Of a DNA stretch of 64,000 nt, positions 42,363-55,866 are shown in pieces. The DNA is taken from NCBI RefSeq assembly GCF_009914755.1, contig NC_060926.1; one strand, written 5' to 3'. Numbering within the stretch: position 1 is the first letter of the stretch; each line of letters begins with the position of its first letter. Made by a program: the position numbers and the translations under genes. The notes beneath the pieces are model-generated. The model did no database searches. It was given only the letters and a program-made list of their open reading frames with translations, and had not been told where the DNA came from. This DNA is from the human T2T-CHM13v2.0 reference genome, Homo sapiens.

Positions 42363-44737
42363 ATATTCAAACCATAATTTTGGGTAAACAACTCCAGTTC
42401 TACTCTAGTTCAACTCTATCATAAAGCTTTTCCTACATTCTGAGTATATACATTACCAACTACATGTTATCAACTAGAGCATATATACTGCAGTTTACAA
42501 AACAATTTATTTGTTTTGTGCATATGAGTCTTATTTTTCATGTGAGTTATGAGTAAGATTATGAGTTCCCTAAGGGCAAAGGTCTTTTAGATTTCTTTTT
42601 ACCCCTCATGACAAGGTAACCCATAGTACTTAGTGACATGCTCAAAATACTGAAACATTCAAGAAATGCCTCTTGATTGATTGGCCATTGACTGAGAGCC
42701 TGTCGACTGTCTGCTATTTAGCTGCTGGCATTTTCTATGTATTTCCCATCTAGCTTTGGTGATGATGTTCAATAGAGACAGATTTCTTTGCAAGTAATTA
42801 TATTGCTTTTTACATTCTCCTTGAAGGAAGACTGGTCATCAGTGTTAGAGATCTAGTATTAACACAAGAAAAGAAACATGAGTTTAAAAAAAAAAATCTT
42901 TGAAGAGACCACAGCAAATGATAATGGAGAAAGCAGTCCACAGGCAATGACACCTTTGGATCCCCTCATACCTAGTCAATCTTCTAATTATACACTGTAG
43001 AATGCTAACCACAAAACAGACATACTGTGATTATCTGTAAACATTAGAGGATATAGCATCGAGTTGTATTGCCTCTACCAGGACTCTAAGCCGTAAACTT
43101 GTAAGTACATTAGAAGCCGACACTCTTAGCAGACTTTGCTGAATTGCTGGCAGCATCAACATCTGATCGATATGCATGTTCACCAGCCAAGCTGACTAGT
43201 ACATCTGTTCTGTGAAGAAACATACATTCTGCCTCTAGTACAATCAGTGTAATTAAAAATTAACATGCATTAATTGTTAGAGCTGATGTAAACAGCTGAT
43301 GTTCCACTTAGCACTGTCTTCTGTACATATCATTAGGCAAAGCCAAATATTGTTAAGTAAACAGGCAGCGCTTACAAAAAGGAGAGAAATAGAAAACTAA
43401 TTCCAACTAAATAAACTGACACTGTATTAAAAGTCAAATTACAATGATTAACCAGAGCCAGATTAGGCTCTGGATCTTCAGAGGAAAACAATTATAAAAG
43501 TCACATTTAATTATTTGAATCTTATTTTGGTAAATGTATTTAGGCTTAGTCTGAAATAGAGTCAGTGCATGCATAATACACTAGGATTTCAAATGAGTAG
43601 AAAAGAACTCTAGGAAAAGTATGATTCAGGATTGATTTATGGCTGAAACATTCTGTGAGAATGCATCATTCACAGCCACTTCAGTAACCGGTGTTCTCTG
43701 GGGAAACCCAAATCTGATGTTTAATGTTAAAAGGGGTCTATTTTCTTCTGCATGCATCTGCATAACTACTGTCAGTGTCGATGAGAGTTTCAGGCACATA
43801 CTGAGAAGAGAATATACACCTCACTACTTAAGTTTCGCCTGACTTCTTTTTTTAAATAATGTCATAGCAAAATGATTTCTCTATCTTGATTCAAAACCAG
43901 GAAAAGAAAAAAAAATCTCCAGCAAGCAAATCTGTCCAGTGAGATGCACTACCAGCATAAGTTCACAGACCATTTCTGTAGTTATAGATTGCCTCGGGCA
44001 TTCAGCTGCTGGGGCCCCAGGCTTTTCCTCCCCTTCTGAGGTTTTCCCTGTAAGTGACTTGCCTGTCACTCTCAAGTCTAATTTAAAAATAGTGTGCATT
44101 TAAATTTTGAGAATGATTTCTTAGGTTATTTTCTCATGAAGTTTGACCAAGTTTCAAAATACCAAAGTCCCAATAAGTGTGAATTTTTTGAAAAAAAATA
44201 AAAATCACAGAGTGTTAAGGTCCAAGGGAGAAATGGATTTATCTAGAAATCACTAGGGAAAACATTGCTATTCAATGGTATTCACAAAGGTTCAACTCTT
44301 TTTTGTTTTTTGTCATAATTATAGTCATTATAAAGAGAATAACTATAAAAATTTCCTTAGCATGTAGGCATGAAATGGTGAATCCTCCACTGTAAGTATA
44401 CAGTGCTTTAAGAAAGTGCCTACATTATTTATTCATAATTGTGTTAAATTTGAATACAAACTGAATTCATTCATGTATTAAAAGTTATAAACATGTTAAA
44501 ACTACTCATAACAAAACACATCAGATATGTCAAGAATCACAGCAATCAAAATGAAGCCTATAAAAGGTAAAAGTTACATAAGTGTAAGGCATGAATATAA
44601 AAGCTAGCTTAAGAGCTTCTAAGTTTTCTGTTGCTATTCAAAACCACCATTAATCTCCAAGCTTTAAACATAAAAGTTAAAAATTGGTAGTTATAGAATA
44701 ACTGTTTTTGAAAATTTAAACTCAATTCCTAAAAGAT

Positions 44738-44766
44738 ATGATGATGATGATGATGAAGATGATGAT
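44738..44766. repeat. (GAT)n short tandem repeat
   Basis: atgatgatgatgatgatgaagatgatgat. Confidence 0.9.
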
Positions 44767-45224
44767 TAAAATGTCTGATACTTACAAAACAGTAAGGCTT
44801 TAATATTGTCTATATTATACAGTTTACACTTCTGGCATGATATTAAATATATTTTTCTCTTTTTTAAGATGGAAAAATCCATTTAAAATGCTGTTTATAA
44901 ATGGCCATTTAAGCAAAATAATTTGAAATGATGTTATAGTTAATTAAAAACTAACATATACCCAATGCATGGATTATTAAGAAATAAGTATAATATGCAT
45001 TCTATAGAACCTACATTAAATATTAAGTATTTCTTTGATTTTTTCAATTACTCAGAAAATGTTGATGGTCTCATGGTGCCTCATACTCATGAAAATCTCT
45101 GAGCAGTAACTTACAAAGTATTGTAGGTATTTATGGTTTATATCATTAGGATAAACTCGCTTTTTACCTTGAAGATTACTTTTTAAAATATTTCTCATAT
45201 CAGTTGTCTTGACATTTAATGTTT

Positions 45225-45369
45225 ATGTATATTTACATATATGTATATATATGTGTGTATATATGTATGTAAAATTGTATATACATATATATAATTGTAT
45301 ACATCTTTGGATATGTAATTATATACAATATGTATATAAAATTGTAAAAATACATATATATATATACAT

Positions 45370-45416
<47 letters not shown>
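45225..45416. repeat. Degenerate (TA/TG)n low-complexity tract ending in (CA)22
   Basis: Seen directly; pure CA run at 45373-45416. Confidence 0.95.
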
Positions 45417-45418
<2 letters not shown>

Positions 45419-47366
45419 AATTCTGGGAAATTCTGCCTAATTGCAGTTTCCTGTGTTTCTGCTGGGACTAGAAAATAATTTGCTAAAATGAAAAATATGT
45501 GTCTCTCTTTAAAAAAAAATTGAAAATACTAAAGCTGTCTCCTTCACTTTCAAAGAAAGGCAAGATAAAAATAAATACATTGTTGTTCATGAAAGTAATA
45601 TATTCTCTGTAGTATTTTTATAAGGACCTTATATAAAATACAATGATTATAAATCATCAGTGTATTCAGAAATTTCCTCAAAGAATAAAGCGTGAATTTG
45701 TATTATCTTAAGTTTCCTCCATTTCGTAGGAGGCCTTTATGAATGTAGTAGCAACTGAATACATGATTTTCACAGAAAGGATTGGAGAGTAGAATATAAA
45801 TATATAAAGAATATTTGTAGTTAAAAAAGCTTTATTACTACAAAGAATATTTATAGCTATAAAAGCTTCATTAATACTAGTGATTCTTAGAATGTAGTTA
45901 ATACTATTAGAATTTTTTTTCTCTTAATTACCATCATTTTCTATGTTATTTTATTTTGGAACATTGCTTTCACTCTCTTCTTCTTTGTGGGAACAGGTCA
46001 AAGTCGGTTTTCATATTCAATTGTGCTTCCAGGTGATGGAATTTTCAGCAAATGCTATGTATAACTAACAGTTAAAAATGCATTTGTACTCTAAAATTCT
46101 TTATAGCACCTCAATCTACAAACAATTTTGCCAATGCAGTTTAAAAAATAAAATTAAGAAACTGATATGAACATTTTTCTGTGTGTAATAAAGCAACATC
46201 CAATGTTAATATCATAGGTAATCATTTTGTCTTTGTATTTATTTCAGAAAAAATAAAACTCATAGTTATCTCTGAATCTTATTACAATCAGTTTGTTGCT
46301 AAGGATTACTTTTTCTTGCTGTAGGATACATCAGACTTTCACTTTTCTTCTCCATTCCTTTATCCAAAACTACAAATGTGATGTCTCAGAAAACCATAAT
46401 TGCAAACATAATAATGTATCTTCAGGCTACTAATGTGGTGAAATATTAGCCCTCATGTGCTCACTTTGAGTTTTCATTATTTATGAGTGGTGGGAATAAA
46501 TGGCAGGTATAATATGGGAAGTAGGTCCACCTAGAGAACACAAATGTCTCAGGAGTCATATCCAATGGAAAGGTGAGAAGAAATCAAAGATATATTTTTA
46601 TTGTTTTAGCATTTTGTTTAGTCAAGAACTAGAAATCAGGTAGCACTATTTATACTAAAGTGAGAGAGTCTCTCTACTACTATTAAAAGGACTCTCAAGA
46701 TTTTTAAAGAAGCCAGATGTCTTGAAAGAACAGTTACACTAGTTTGAAATCTCAGAGAAATGCTTTCATTTAAATTGCCCAAACAGCAAATGATAGTGAC
46801 ATGGATGTAGTCAGAACAATGTTGAAAACGGGGAAATTAAAATTAAACTCAAACTTTCAGCCTTCTATCACCCTGTAACAAAATTACTGTGCTCATTTTG
46901 GAAAGATAAAAGCAACCAACCAAATTTAACTTGGTCCTTGAAGCTGCCCTGGAGTCCTGCTGTTTCTTGGTTTGCTCTCTCTCAAATGCTGTACATTGTA
47001 GGGACCACAGTGTCTATTTTCTTCCTCCAATGTTCAATCTTCCCCTTCCCTCTCAAGGGATGCCTCACCTCCTAATTCATAGAATTTTTAAAAGCCAAGA
47101 AGTAACAATTGCTTTAATATCCTACCACTAAACCTATAAAATCACCTGCATCTTTATCCTACTCTCCTCCCCATTTTGTGAAAATGTAAGTGTTCTCCTT
47201 TTGCTAAGGCTACCATTTCTGCTGGCCTCCAGATTCTATCCTTTGTGACTTCTCAGATAAACTTCTCTACTCATTTTATGGTCTCTCCTTCCTGATAACC
47301 ACACTTCTGGCAAATGTTCTTTGCATGGTAATGTCTCCAGTTTTCACCTCTTATTGATTCCTAAAT

Positions 47367-47708
47367 GTCTTAGTCTGAGAAATCCAGGATCAAGGGGGCC
47401 ACATCTGATGATATCCTTATTGTTGGTAGGGAATCTCTGCAGAGTCCCAAGGCAGCACAGGATATCACATGGTGAGGAGAATGAGTGTAGTAGCTCAGGT
47501 TTCTCTTCCTTTTCTTGTATACCCACCAGTCACACTCCCATCATAGCCCATTCATCTATTAACCCATTAATTCCTGAATTGATTAATTCATTCCTGAAGG
47601 CAGAACCCTCATTACCCCATCACCTCTTAAAGACCTCACCTTTCAACTTTTCCCAATTGGGGATTAAATTTCAATGCAGGGTTTGGAGGAGACAAATATT
47701 CATAGCGT
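47367..47708 (-). mobile_element. MSTC-type MaLR LTR with internal deletion
   Basis: ctctgcagagtcccaaggcagcacagg.tatcacatggtgagg, atcacctcttaaagacc and ttggggattaaatttcaa. Confidence 0.8.
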
Positions 47709-47729
47709 TCAACATTTGTTTGCAATTTA

Positions 47730-48830
47730 GAGGAGCAGATATCAAGAAAAGATTTAATGTGCGTTAAGAGATGTCTGGGAAAATACCTGCAAAAGAGGAA
47801 GGGGAGGGATCATGAATAGGTGAGGAAAACCTTCACACTGTGTTGAGGATCCCTGTGAAGGAGAGATTGAAGGAAGAAGGATTGGTTAGGAAGAGTCTCA
47901 GACAATGGCACAGTTTTAAGATATTGTGTCCAGAAAATGGCACACGGATTGAAAGATTATTTTGGAGCTGTGAGATTTAATGTCTGCCTTGCTGAGTTTC
48001 ATGATTGTTTAGGGCCTGTTACTCCTTTCTTCCTGTTTATTTCTCCCTTTTGGAATAAGAATGTTTAACCTATACCTGTTCTGCCATTGTATTTTAGAAG
48101 TAGATAACTTGATTTTTGGTTTTACAGGCTCATAGTTGGAAAGGGTTTGCCTTGAGTCTTAGATGACACCTTAGACCTTTGTGTTGGTGCCAGACCAAAT
48201 TAAGACTTTGGGGACTATTGGGATGGAATGATTACATCTGGCATATAAAGAGGACACGAGTTGTCGGGGGATACTAGAATGTTATGGTTTGGATGTGCTT
48301 TGTCTCTGCCAAAATTCATACTGAAATTTAATTGACAATATAGCAGCGTTGGGAGGTAGAACATTTAAGAGGTGGTTAGGTTGTTAAGACAGATTAATGT
48401 CTTTCTTGTGAGAATGGGTTAGTTTCCACCAGATGAATTAGTTCTCATAGGAATTGATTAGTCCTTGTGAGAGCTGGTTGTTATAAAACAGGTCAGCCTT
48501 CTTGTCCTGTCTCTCTCTCACATGCTTTTTCTGTGTGATATCATCCACGATTTTATGATGCAGTTAGGAGACCCTCGCCAGACACCAGCACCATGTTTCC
48601 TGAACTATCCAGTCTCCAGGACCATGAGCCAAGATAAAACTCCTTTCTTTACAGATTACGCAGTCTCGGGTATTCTGTTATAGCAACAGATAATGGGCTA
48701 AGACACCCCTACTGTGTTCAGTCATTGGCGATAGGCAGCCAATGGTAAATATGGACTCTGCTCCAACAGTGGTGAATCCAGAAGTGCAACACCTGGAGCT
48801 ATCATTTGGTTGTCTTCCTGCAGCATGTTT
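47730..48830 (-). mobile_element. LTR40-like ERVL LTR in two pieces (47730-47933 and 48706-48830)
   Basis: cctgtgaaggagag...ggaagagtctcagac and ttcagtcattggc...gcagcc flank the MST insertion. Confidence 0.6.
47950..48705 (+). mobile_element. MSTB-type element: 3' end of the internal region (47950-48279) plus 3' LTR (48280-48705); 5' LTR missing
   Basis: gattattttggagctgtgagatttaatg...taagactttggggact, then tgttatggtttggatg...tatagcaacagataatgggctaagaca. Confidence 0.88.
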
Positions 48831-48879
48831 GAGTGTAATATTCTTTTGGCAACACACTGAGCCTCCTCCAATTCAACAG

Positions 48880-50585
48880 TTATACCCCATCATTAAAATC
48901 ATTCTCATCAAGCGTCCAGTTGATAGTCAGTGAACTCTTTTTAGTTGTAAATTTTCTTGTTCTATCCACTGCATTTGACACTGCTGACCACTCTCTCTTT
49001 AAAATTATCTTTTCTCGACTTCTGTCACACTACACTTTCAGATTTTTTTGTTTGTTTAAAATCTATTTCTTGTTAGTTTCCTCCTCTGAGAATTACATTT
49101 AAAAATCCACATTTCATTATTTCCAAAATTGGCAAATGTCACTATTATATACCAGGATAAAGGGACAAACTATAAAGTTTAGCATTGTTTTGATTTTTAC
49201 ATCTTGCTCTGTCACCATTCATACTATACTTAATTAGCACAATGCTTACCATTCTGCCCCTCAAACCTCTCAAATCCATCCATTCCCCTCCATCTGCATG
49301 TGTTTACCAAAACAGCAAGACACTTTCTCTCTCACCTGGATTGTTGCTAAATATCTCTTATACTAGTTTCTTTGTCATGAATCTACTCACACTACAGACT
49401 GGGTAATTTTGCGAAAATTTAAATCTGTTAAATACCAATTTCTTGTTAAAAACTCTTCAAGGTCCTTGAGATAAATTTCAAACTGCTTAATACTGTACTG
49501 AAGGCTCTTTAAAAACTGGCCCCTGCCTACCCTTTTATCTTCACCTTTCCCACTTCCCATTAGACTCTGTAATGAACTCAAACAACACTTTCTTAAAAGT
49601 TGCTCCTCTATGCAATACTCTCTTTTTTATGTCTGGCTGGATCTTTCTTTCCTCTAATTTTTCTCCTGACAAGCTTTTATCCATTTATTCAGTAAACATT
49701 TTTGAAACTTTCCCCGAAGTCTTTGAGTCCAGATTTGGTACGTGTTCTCCAAGATCTGAAAGCATCCTCTTCTACTACAACCTTACAGCAGTCTTCCCTT
49801 ATTCAAAAGGAGTACATTCCAAGACTCACAGTAGATGCTTGAAACCCTAGATAACACAAAAACTTATACATCTTATGCTTTTTTCCTAAATATACATATC
49901 TATGATAAAGTTTATTTTATAAATTAGGCACGGTAACAACAATAATTAATAATAAAATAGAATAATAATAAAAATATATTGTAACAAAAGTTATGTAAAA
50001 GCAGTCTCTCTCTCTCTCAAAATATCTATTGTCGAATTCACCTTTCTTCATGTGATGATGTGAGATGATAAAAGTAGCTACATAATGAGATGAAGTGAGG
50101 TGAATGACAGTGGCATTGTCACATAGCGTTTGACTACTCTTGACTTTCTGGTGATACATCAGAAGGAGGATCATCTGCTCTGGGTGATCCTGAATCACTG
50201 AGCCCTGACAATATCGGCTGGATGTCAGGAGCAGATAATGTTAACTAACTGGGAGGCAGTATATACCGTGTGGATATGCTGGACAAAGGGGTAATTCATG
50301 TTCCAGGTAGGAAAGAGCAGGATGGCAGGAGATTTCATCACGCTACTCAAAATGGCATAGGATTTAAAACCTATGAATTATTTATTTCTGGAATTTTCCA
50401 TTTAATGTTTTCAGACCACAGTTGACTGCAGGTAATTGAAACCTCAGGTGAAACCATGGATAAGAGCCTACTGTATTGTTGCTGACCCATTTCCTTTGCT
50501 AGCCATAGGATCCATGATAATTGGAGTCACATCTGTTCTATGTGTTATAATGCTTGAGACATAATAGATAGTCAATCAATATCCC
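48880..50585 (+). mobile_element. L2 fragments (also about 47000-47340), interrupted by MER44
   Basis: gcatttgacactgctgaccactctctc, caaatccatccattcccctccatc and ctctcacctggatt. Confidence 0.75.
49786..50473. mobile_element. MER44 (Tigger7-derived) DNA transposon
   Basis: TIRs cagcagtcttcccttattc and ggataagagcctactg with TA flanks; tttatttctggaattttccatttaat...cagaccacagttgac. Confidence 0.9.
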
Positions 50586-50664
50586 CAGTATGCATTTTAG
50601 CAGTATGGCCTCAGAGATACTGTCTTTTTTCCCCTATTCTTCACCACGCATATATTTAATAATT

Positions 50665-50860
50665 TGATCTGGGAGTCAGAACAGCTGATTTGGCGCCTTT
50701 ATCCTACTACTAATTATCTATGAAGTCTTGAGATAATCGCTCCAGCCTTCAGTTTCTTCATATCAGGATGTGCTCTGCAAGTGAGTGTTGTCTTTCATTT
50801 CCTATCAGAAAAAATGTTGTGTTTCACTGAACTAGATGACCTTTAAGATCGTCTCCAGTT
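50665..50860 (+). mobile_element. Old MIR (MIR3/MIRc-like)
   Basis: ctgggagtcagaac...ccttcagtttcttcat...actagatgacctttaagatc. Confidence 0.55.
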
Positions 50861-51124
50861 CAAAAATATATTGCCACTGGGGCTACAAACTATTAAGTTG
50901 AGGTAGAAGACAAGTGTACAGAGTAACATCACTTAATTATATTAGTATTTAATTTTTACATAGTCTTCTTTTATTAATACAACACTTAGTAATTTCTTTC
51001 ATTAGTTCTAGTTGACCTCATGACAACAGCTTGTGTCTCTCTGTACCTTTAGCCACAGTTCCCAACTCTTCTCAGTCATCCAGCTTGCACTTACTGGCTA
51101 ATGTTCTTCTAAAGGTTTGTCTAT

Positions 51125-51280
51125 AGTGTCTTAGCTTCTCTCTTCCTCAGTTTCCTCCTCTGCCAAATGGGTATAGTAATAGTACCTGTAAATTTTTTTA
51201 TAAATAATTAAACGAGTTTATTTTCTTAAAGGGCCTGGCACACAGTAAGCTCTTATATAATGCTATCAATTATTATTATG
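51125..51280 (+). mobile_element. MIR 3' half
   Basis: cctcagtttcctcctctgccaaatggg...cctggcacacagtaagc. Confidence 0.75.
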
Positions 51281-54069
51281 GTAAGGAACCAAATCCTTTT
51301 TCATTTACCCTGCATTGATACCGGGATTAATCATCCATCCTCATGAGTATGAGGTCATGATATGGACTTTCAACTGGTTTTTGTTTTATTTTATTTTTTC
51401 TCTCCAGGACTTTAAATATTTTTCTAGTTTGCTGGATGCCACAAACCTTCCACTTTTGTTTAATAATGTCAGGAGATTTTTTCTCTTTGCATAAGCAATT
51501 TTTGTTACCAAAACAAAACAAGACAAAAAACATATACTAATTCCCTTTCCTTGTCGTTTCCAATTTTTACAGATTTCTCTTTATACCTATCCTTCTCACT
51601 CTTCAGCCTGACTGTGGAGTATCATATAGCTTAAACAAATTATGAGGAATATTTTAGAGAAACTAACATTTATAATATGTTCTTGTATTTCTACTGCAAT
51701 GACCATGGGCTCAGATCAATTGAACCCTCCAAATCCATTACAACTTTAAGGGAGAGAGAGTTTCATATCATAAATATTTACTAAAGATCACATGAGAACC
51801 GTAGTACTCTTGGAGAAAGATATAAACCATGCTTTTGAAAAAGCTGTCTCTTACCATCCAGCCCCACAAAACCCAGTTCTTCTTCTAAGATGAGAACTAC
51901 AGTACTTAACATTTCAAGAAAGAAAGAAAACAAAAAGGGAAGCTTTTTTTTATACTATACCTACTCTGTAGCATTATAGAAATTTAGCAGAAAAGACCAG
52001 ACATCCCCAATACTCCCTCCAACTCTAACCTCAGTCTGTCCTTACTTCCATTGCCGCCCCAGGCAATATGGCATGAAAAGGCTCAGCAAGAAATATTCAT
52101 TTGTAAAAGAAAAACAAATCATTATAGCAACACTCACTGGTCATTCTGTAGCAAATGTGCAATGCTCAGATTTTGTATTTTCCTGAAATAACATGCACAT
52201 TTTAGGCATGAAATTATGATTGTTTGACTGTGAAATACTGCACCCAAACACCATGTGGCTTTTAGCAGCATATCATCATATCAAGAACTATTTTTACCCT
52301 TTGGCGATTTTTCCTGCTTTGGCTCTGAGAGCTAGTCCATACGGTATTTGTATGTGGCATCAGTGGCAAAGATTTTTTAGAAGAGTAGATTTCTTCATTT
52401 AAACAGCATCACTGTGTAGTACCATGTACCAATGATAGCACAGAATCTAAACTAGAAATTAAAATAGTGTGATTTCAGGTTAACTGGCAAGAAATAAAGT
52501 CAGTGAGTATGAACAAGAGAGGAACAAAGATGACAAAGGACTTGGAACATACATGTCTTTTCATTTTCCTTAAAAGGTGATTTAAGTACATACTAGATTT
52601 TATAATACCAGAAGAATGACAGTATTTTTTAATGCAGTGCATTCTACATTTTTCCCCCAATGACTCTGAATCCTAGTGACAATGAACTTTGTCCGGCATC
52701 TCATTTGATGAAAGCAGGCAGAAAGACTTACAACTTCCATGTATTTGCTGCCTTTCAGAAGCCTGGGCAGAAGAAAAGAGCAACTTCTTGAAAGATTTAA
52801 GCACATATTGGTCCCCTTCCAGGACACAGACATGAAGCCATATAAGAAATATTTTGAAAAGACAACCAAAATTAGCCAAACTCTTTAAACTTTCAAAATG
52901 CTTGGAGCAAAAGTCTGTTTTAGTTTAATCCAAATTAGTTTGCAGACTTAACTAGAAAGAGAAGCTACAGGAAAATATGAGCTGGCTTAACGTGTGTGTC
53001 TTGTCTATAACTACAAAGTTGGCTTTTGTTTCTTGAAGAGACAAATCTGGTTATGGGGTTTTCCAAACCTGTGATGACATAAAAGTATAGTGCCTGTGAT
53101 GCTGAGCATGGATTCTTAGATTCAAAAATTCAATTTACATTGAAAATAAAACAAAATTACACCAATTCATTTAAAATTTCTACCACCCGTTCTTTCTAAG
53201 GAAATAGCATCAGAAGGATTAATTACATCAGCATTATGTTATACTCACCCAATACGTATTGCTGCTTGAGTTCATGTGTAGATGATTTCAAAGCTGCAGA
53301 AATCACTTTTTAAGTTCTACTAGGTTAATCATATATCTCCTTCTCATAGTTACTGGTGCAGTTACCCCTTTAAGTGGCTTTCCAGCACTATTGCTTTATA
53401 ATAAAATGTTCCAGAATGTCTATATATAAACTGAAGCTCAACTTGTCCATGCAAACTAACTTGTTGCATATGTATTGCAAAGAAATTCCATTTCGTCAGT
53501 TGATTTATTGTTGTATCAAAAGAAATAAACTCTTGAACCCCAGGGGGAAAAAATTATGCTGTTTCATTCTACTTATGATGTTTCAACATAGGCCAAAAAA
53601 TAACCAGGCTTATTTTCTCCAGTGAGGAAACTGAAATGAAAGCCAAAAAAAGTAAAATTTTGGTCAAAATCAATGTTTTTATATACTTTTAATTTTAAGA
53701 ACTGCTCTTCTTTCTGAAAATGCGCAAGCTTCATTTTATAAGTTTATCTTTTCTAGAAAAGTATTGCTAAACCATTTGTTCTTTAAAATATATTGTATAT
53801 ATTAAGAAAGAGGATGATAGGTAAAAAAAGGAATTAGATGAAGTAATGAATTTCTTTCTAGCTAATCCTTTTAGTGAAATATTTGCTTAAACATTGGACT
53901 TGGTTGAAGCAGTGTAACTGTCCTTGCTATTTTTCATCATCTGTGTTTAAAGCTCTATACAATAACACTAACAGAAGCAGCATCAATAAAAAATAACCAT
54001 TATGAAATATTTGTATGTTTTCTGCAAAGTCTGAAAAAAAGTAACATTTAAATTTCTCAATCTAAAAGT

Positions 54070-54195
54070 AGCGACTATTATCCCATTTTAGAGAAGAGTC
54101 TGAGGCTTAGAGACAATAAGTAGCTTGCTTCAGGTTATAAATCTAGCAGATGGCAGTCAGAACTTTGAAGCACTTCATCTGACTTTAAAGCTCAT
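54070..54195 (-). mobile_element. MIR core
   Basis: ctattatcccattttagagaag...tgaggcttagaga...cttgcttcaggtta. Confidence 0.65.
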
Positions 54196-55754
54196 GGATG
54201 AATTGAATTACTCACATTCCTGTGTTCCCTTTCTCTTGCACAGGAAATCAGCCAATTGGCTACTCAATGAGCTAGATGACCAAAATTGTCTTTATTATTA
54301 TTTTATTTCAAGTTGTTGTTCTTTCCCACCCCTCTCCCCTACCCTCTCACGACCATCTGGGTGGGGAGTACTGCCATTAAAAATGCAAGTGTGACTTTCA
54401 AAAAGGGTATTTGCATGATTAGCAAGGCTAATAGAAGATCGAGTTACTGTAGCTGATTAACTCTACTATGGTTGTCAAACAAAAGAAAGGGGTAAGGAAT
54501 ATCAAATGGAAAAAAAAAAATGTCTAAATTAGATTCTCAGTTTCCCAGAATGTGACATATGAAGACTTCTCTAAGGAAGAAAACACATTAGTTCTCTGAG
54601 TGATGGTACTTGAAGTTGTTTCAATACGTTATTCAGCTTTATGCTGTGAAGCAACTTACAGTACTCCAATTGTTTACTCACTCAGCTACATGTAAAATGT
54701 GTACTTAGGAATGCTTTATAATAAGATATGCAACAAAGTCTGTCTTATTTAACTGCACTGATTAGAAGGGGCAAGCATTTCATTTTGGCACAGTGTGGTG
54801 CACTACATCATTTCATCTCGTTTGAAATATTACTCAGAGTTCAGAATGCCAAGCTTTGAGCAGAGAAGAACAATGTGTGGTTTTTTTAAAAAATAAAATA
54901 ACAATAGTGATGATGAGAAGAGAATGAAATAATGCAATTCTTGATTCTGTCAGATGGCAACTAGTTCGGGGGTGGGGAGGGAAGTAAGTCCCATGATGTT
55001 GCCATAACAGAATCTAAAAAAAACCTTCCGAGATTACAAAAGAAGCAAAGTTTAAATCTACCCTGTAGGAGTGCGGGTCACCAAAGCACTCGGTGACTAA
55101 ATGAGAAAGACTCGAAGAAAATGTCTGTGAGAAGAGCTACTGGTAAGGAAGAGAAAAAAAAATGCCAGGCAGCCTGAAAACAAACCTGACCTTAACGGTG
55201 ACCATATCCAAAGTATAGCAGAAAACCTCCTTGAGCAAAGCCAGGGCAGTGAAGAAAACAATAAAAAGCTATGTGGAATCACTTATGCTTATTTTTTATT
55301 GGAAATAATGTATTTGGTTGGCGACCCTTGAGATGTGTTACTGTCCACCTATATGAGTTCCAGATTTTGCTCCAAAAAGAAGGGACATCTACTCCTTTTC
55401 GAATATAGAATGAGTCCATTTATCTGAAGATAAAACTCACGTTAGAAAATTGTGGTCTGTTGCCTCATTCTGTCTCATCTTTAGGTGAAGAAAATGATGT
55501 CCAAACAAATTGAATGACTGCTCAATGCCATTACCATGCCATTAGTGTAATCACCAGTCCATACTGTACTTGCAGGGTGTGTGTGTGAGTGTGTGTGCAC
55601 GTGCACACCACAGCAAGGTAAATTGTATTTTAATCCCTTCATGCTAAATCATATATTTATATTTTCACACTTTTACAATTTTAAAATGTAAGAGCATTTA
55701 CAATTAATTTGTACATTTAAAGAAACCATGTTTTAGTTTTCTTTTATTCTTTTT

Positions 55755-55866
55755 TGCTTCCTCCCTCCCTCCCTTCCTTCCTTGCTTCCTGCCTTCCTTC
55801 CTTCTTTCCTTCCTTTCTTCCTTCCTTTCCTACCTCCCTTCCATCTTCCTTCCTTTCTCACTTTCC
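55755..55866. repeat. (TTCC/CCCT)n polypyrimidine repeat
   Basis: Seen directly. Confidence 0.9.

Noticed and set aside
52475-52879. Overlapping short minus-strand ORFs in unique DNA as a possible coding exon
   Set aside because: No recognisable protein motif and no convincing splice-site pair.
55577-55608. 16-bp palindrome gtgtgcacgtgcacac containing CACGTG
   Set aside because: Explained by a (GT)n-to-(CA)n microsatellite junction, which commonly produces such palindromes.
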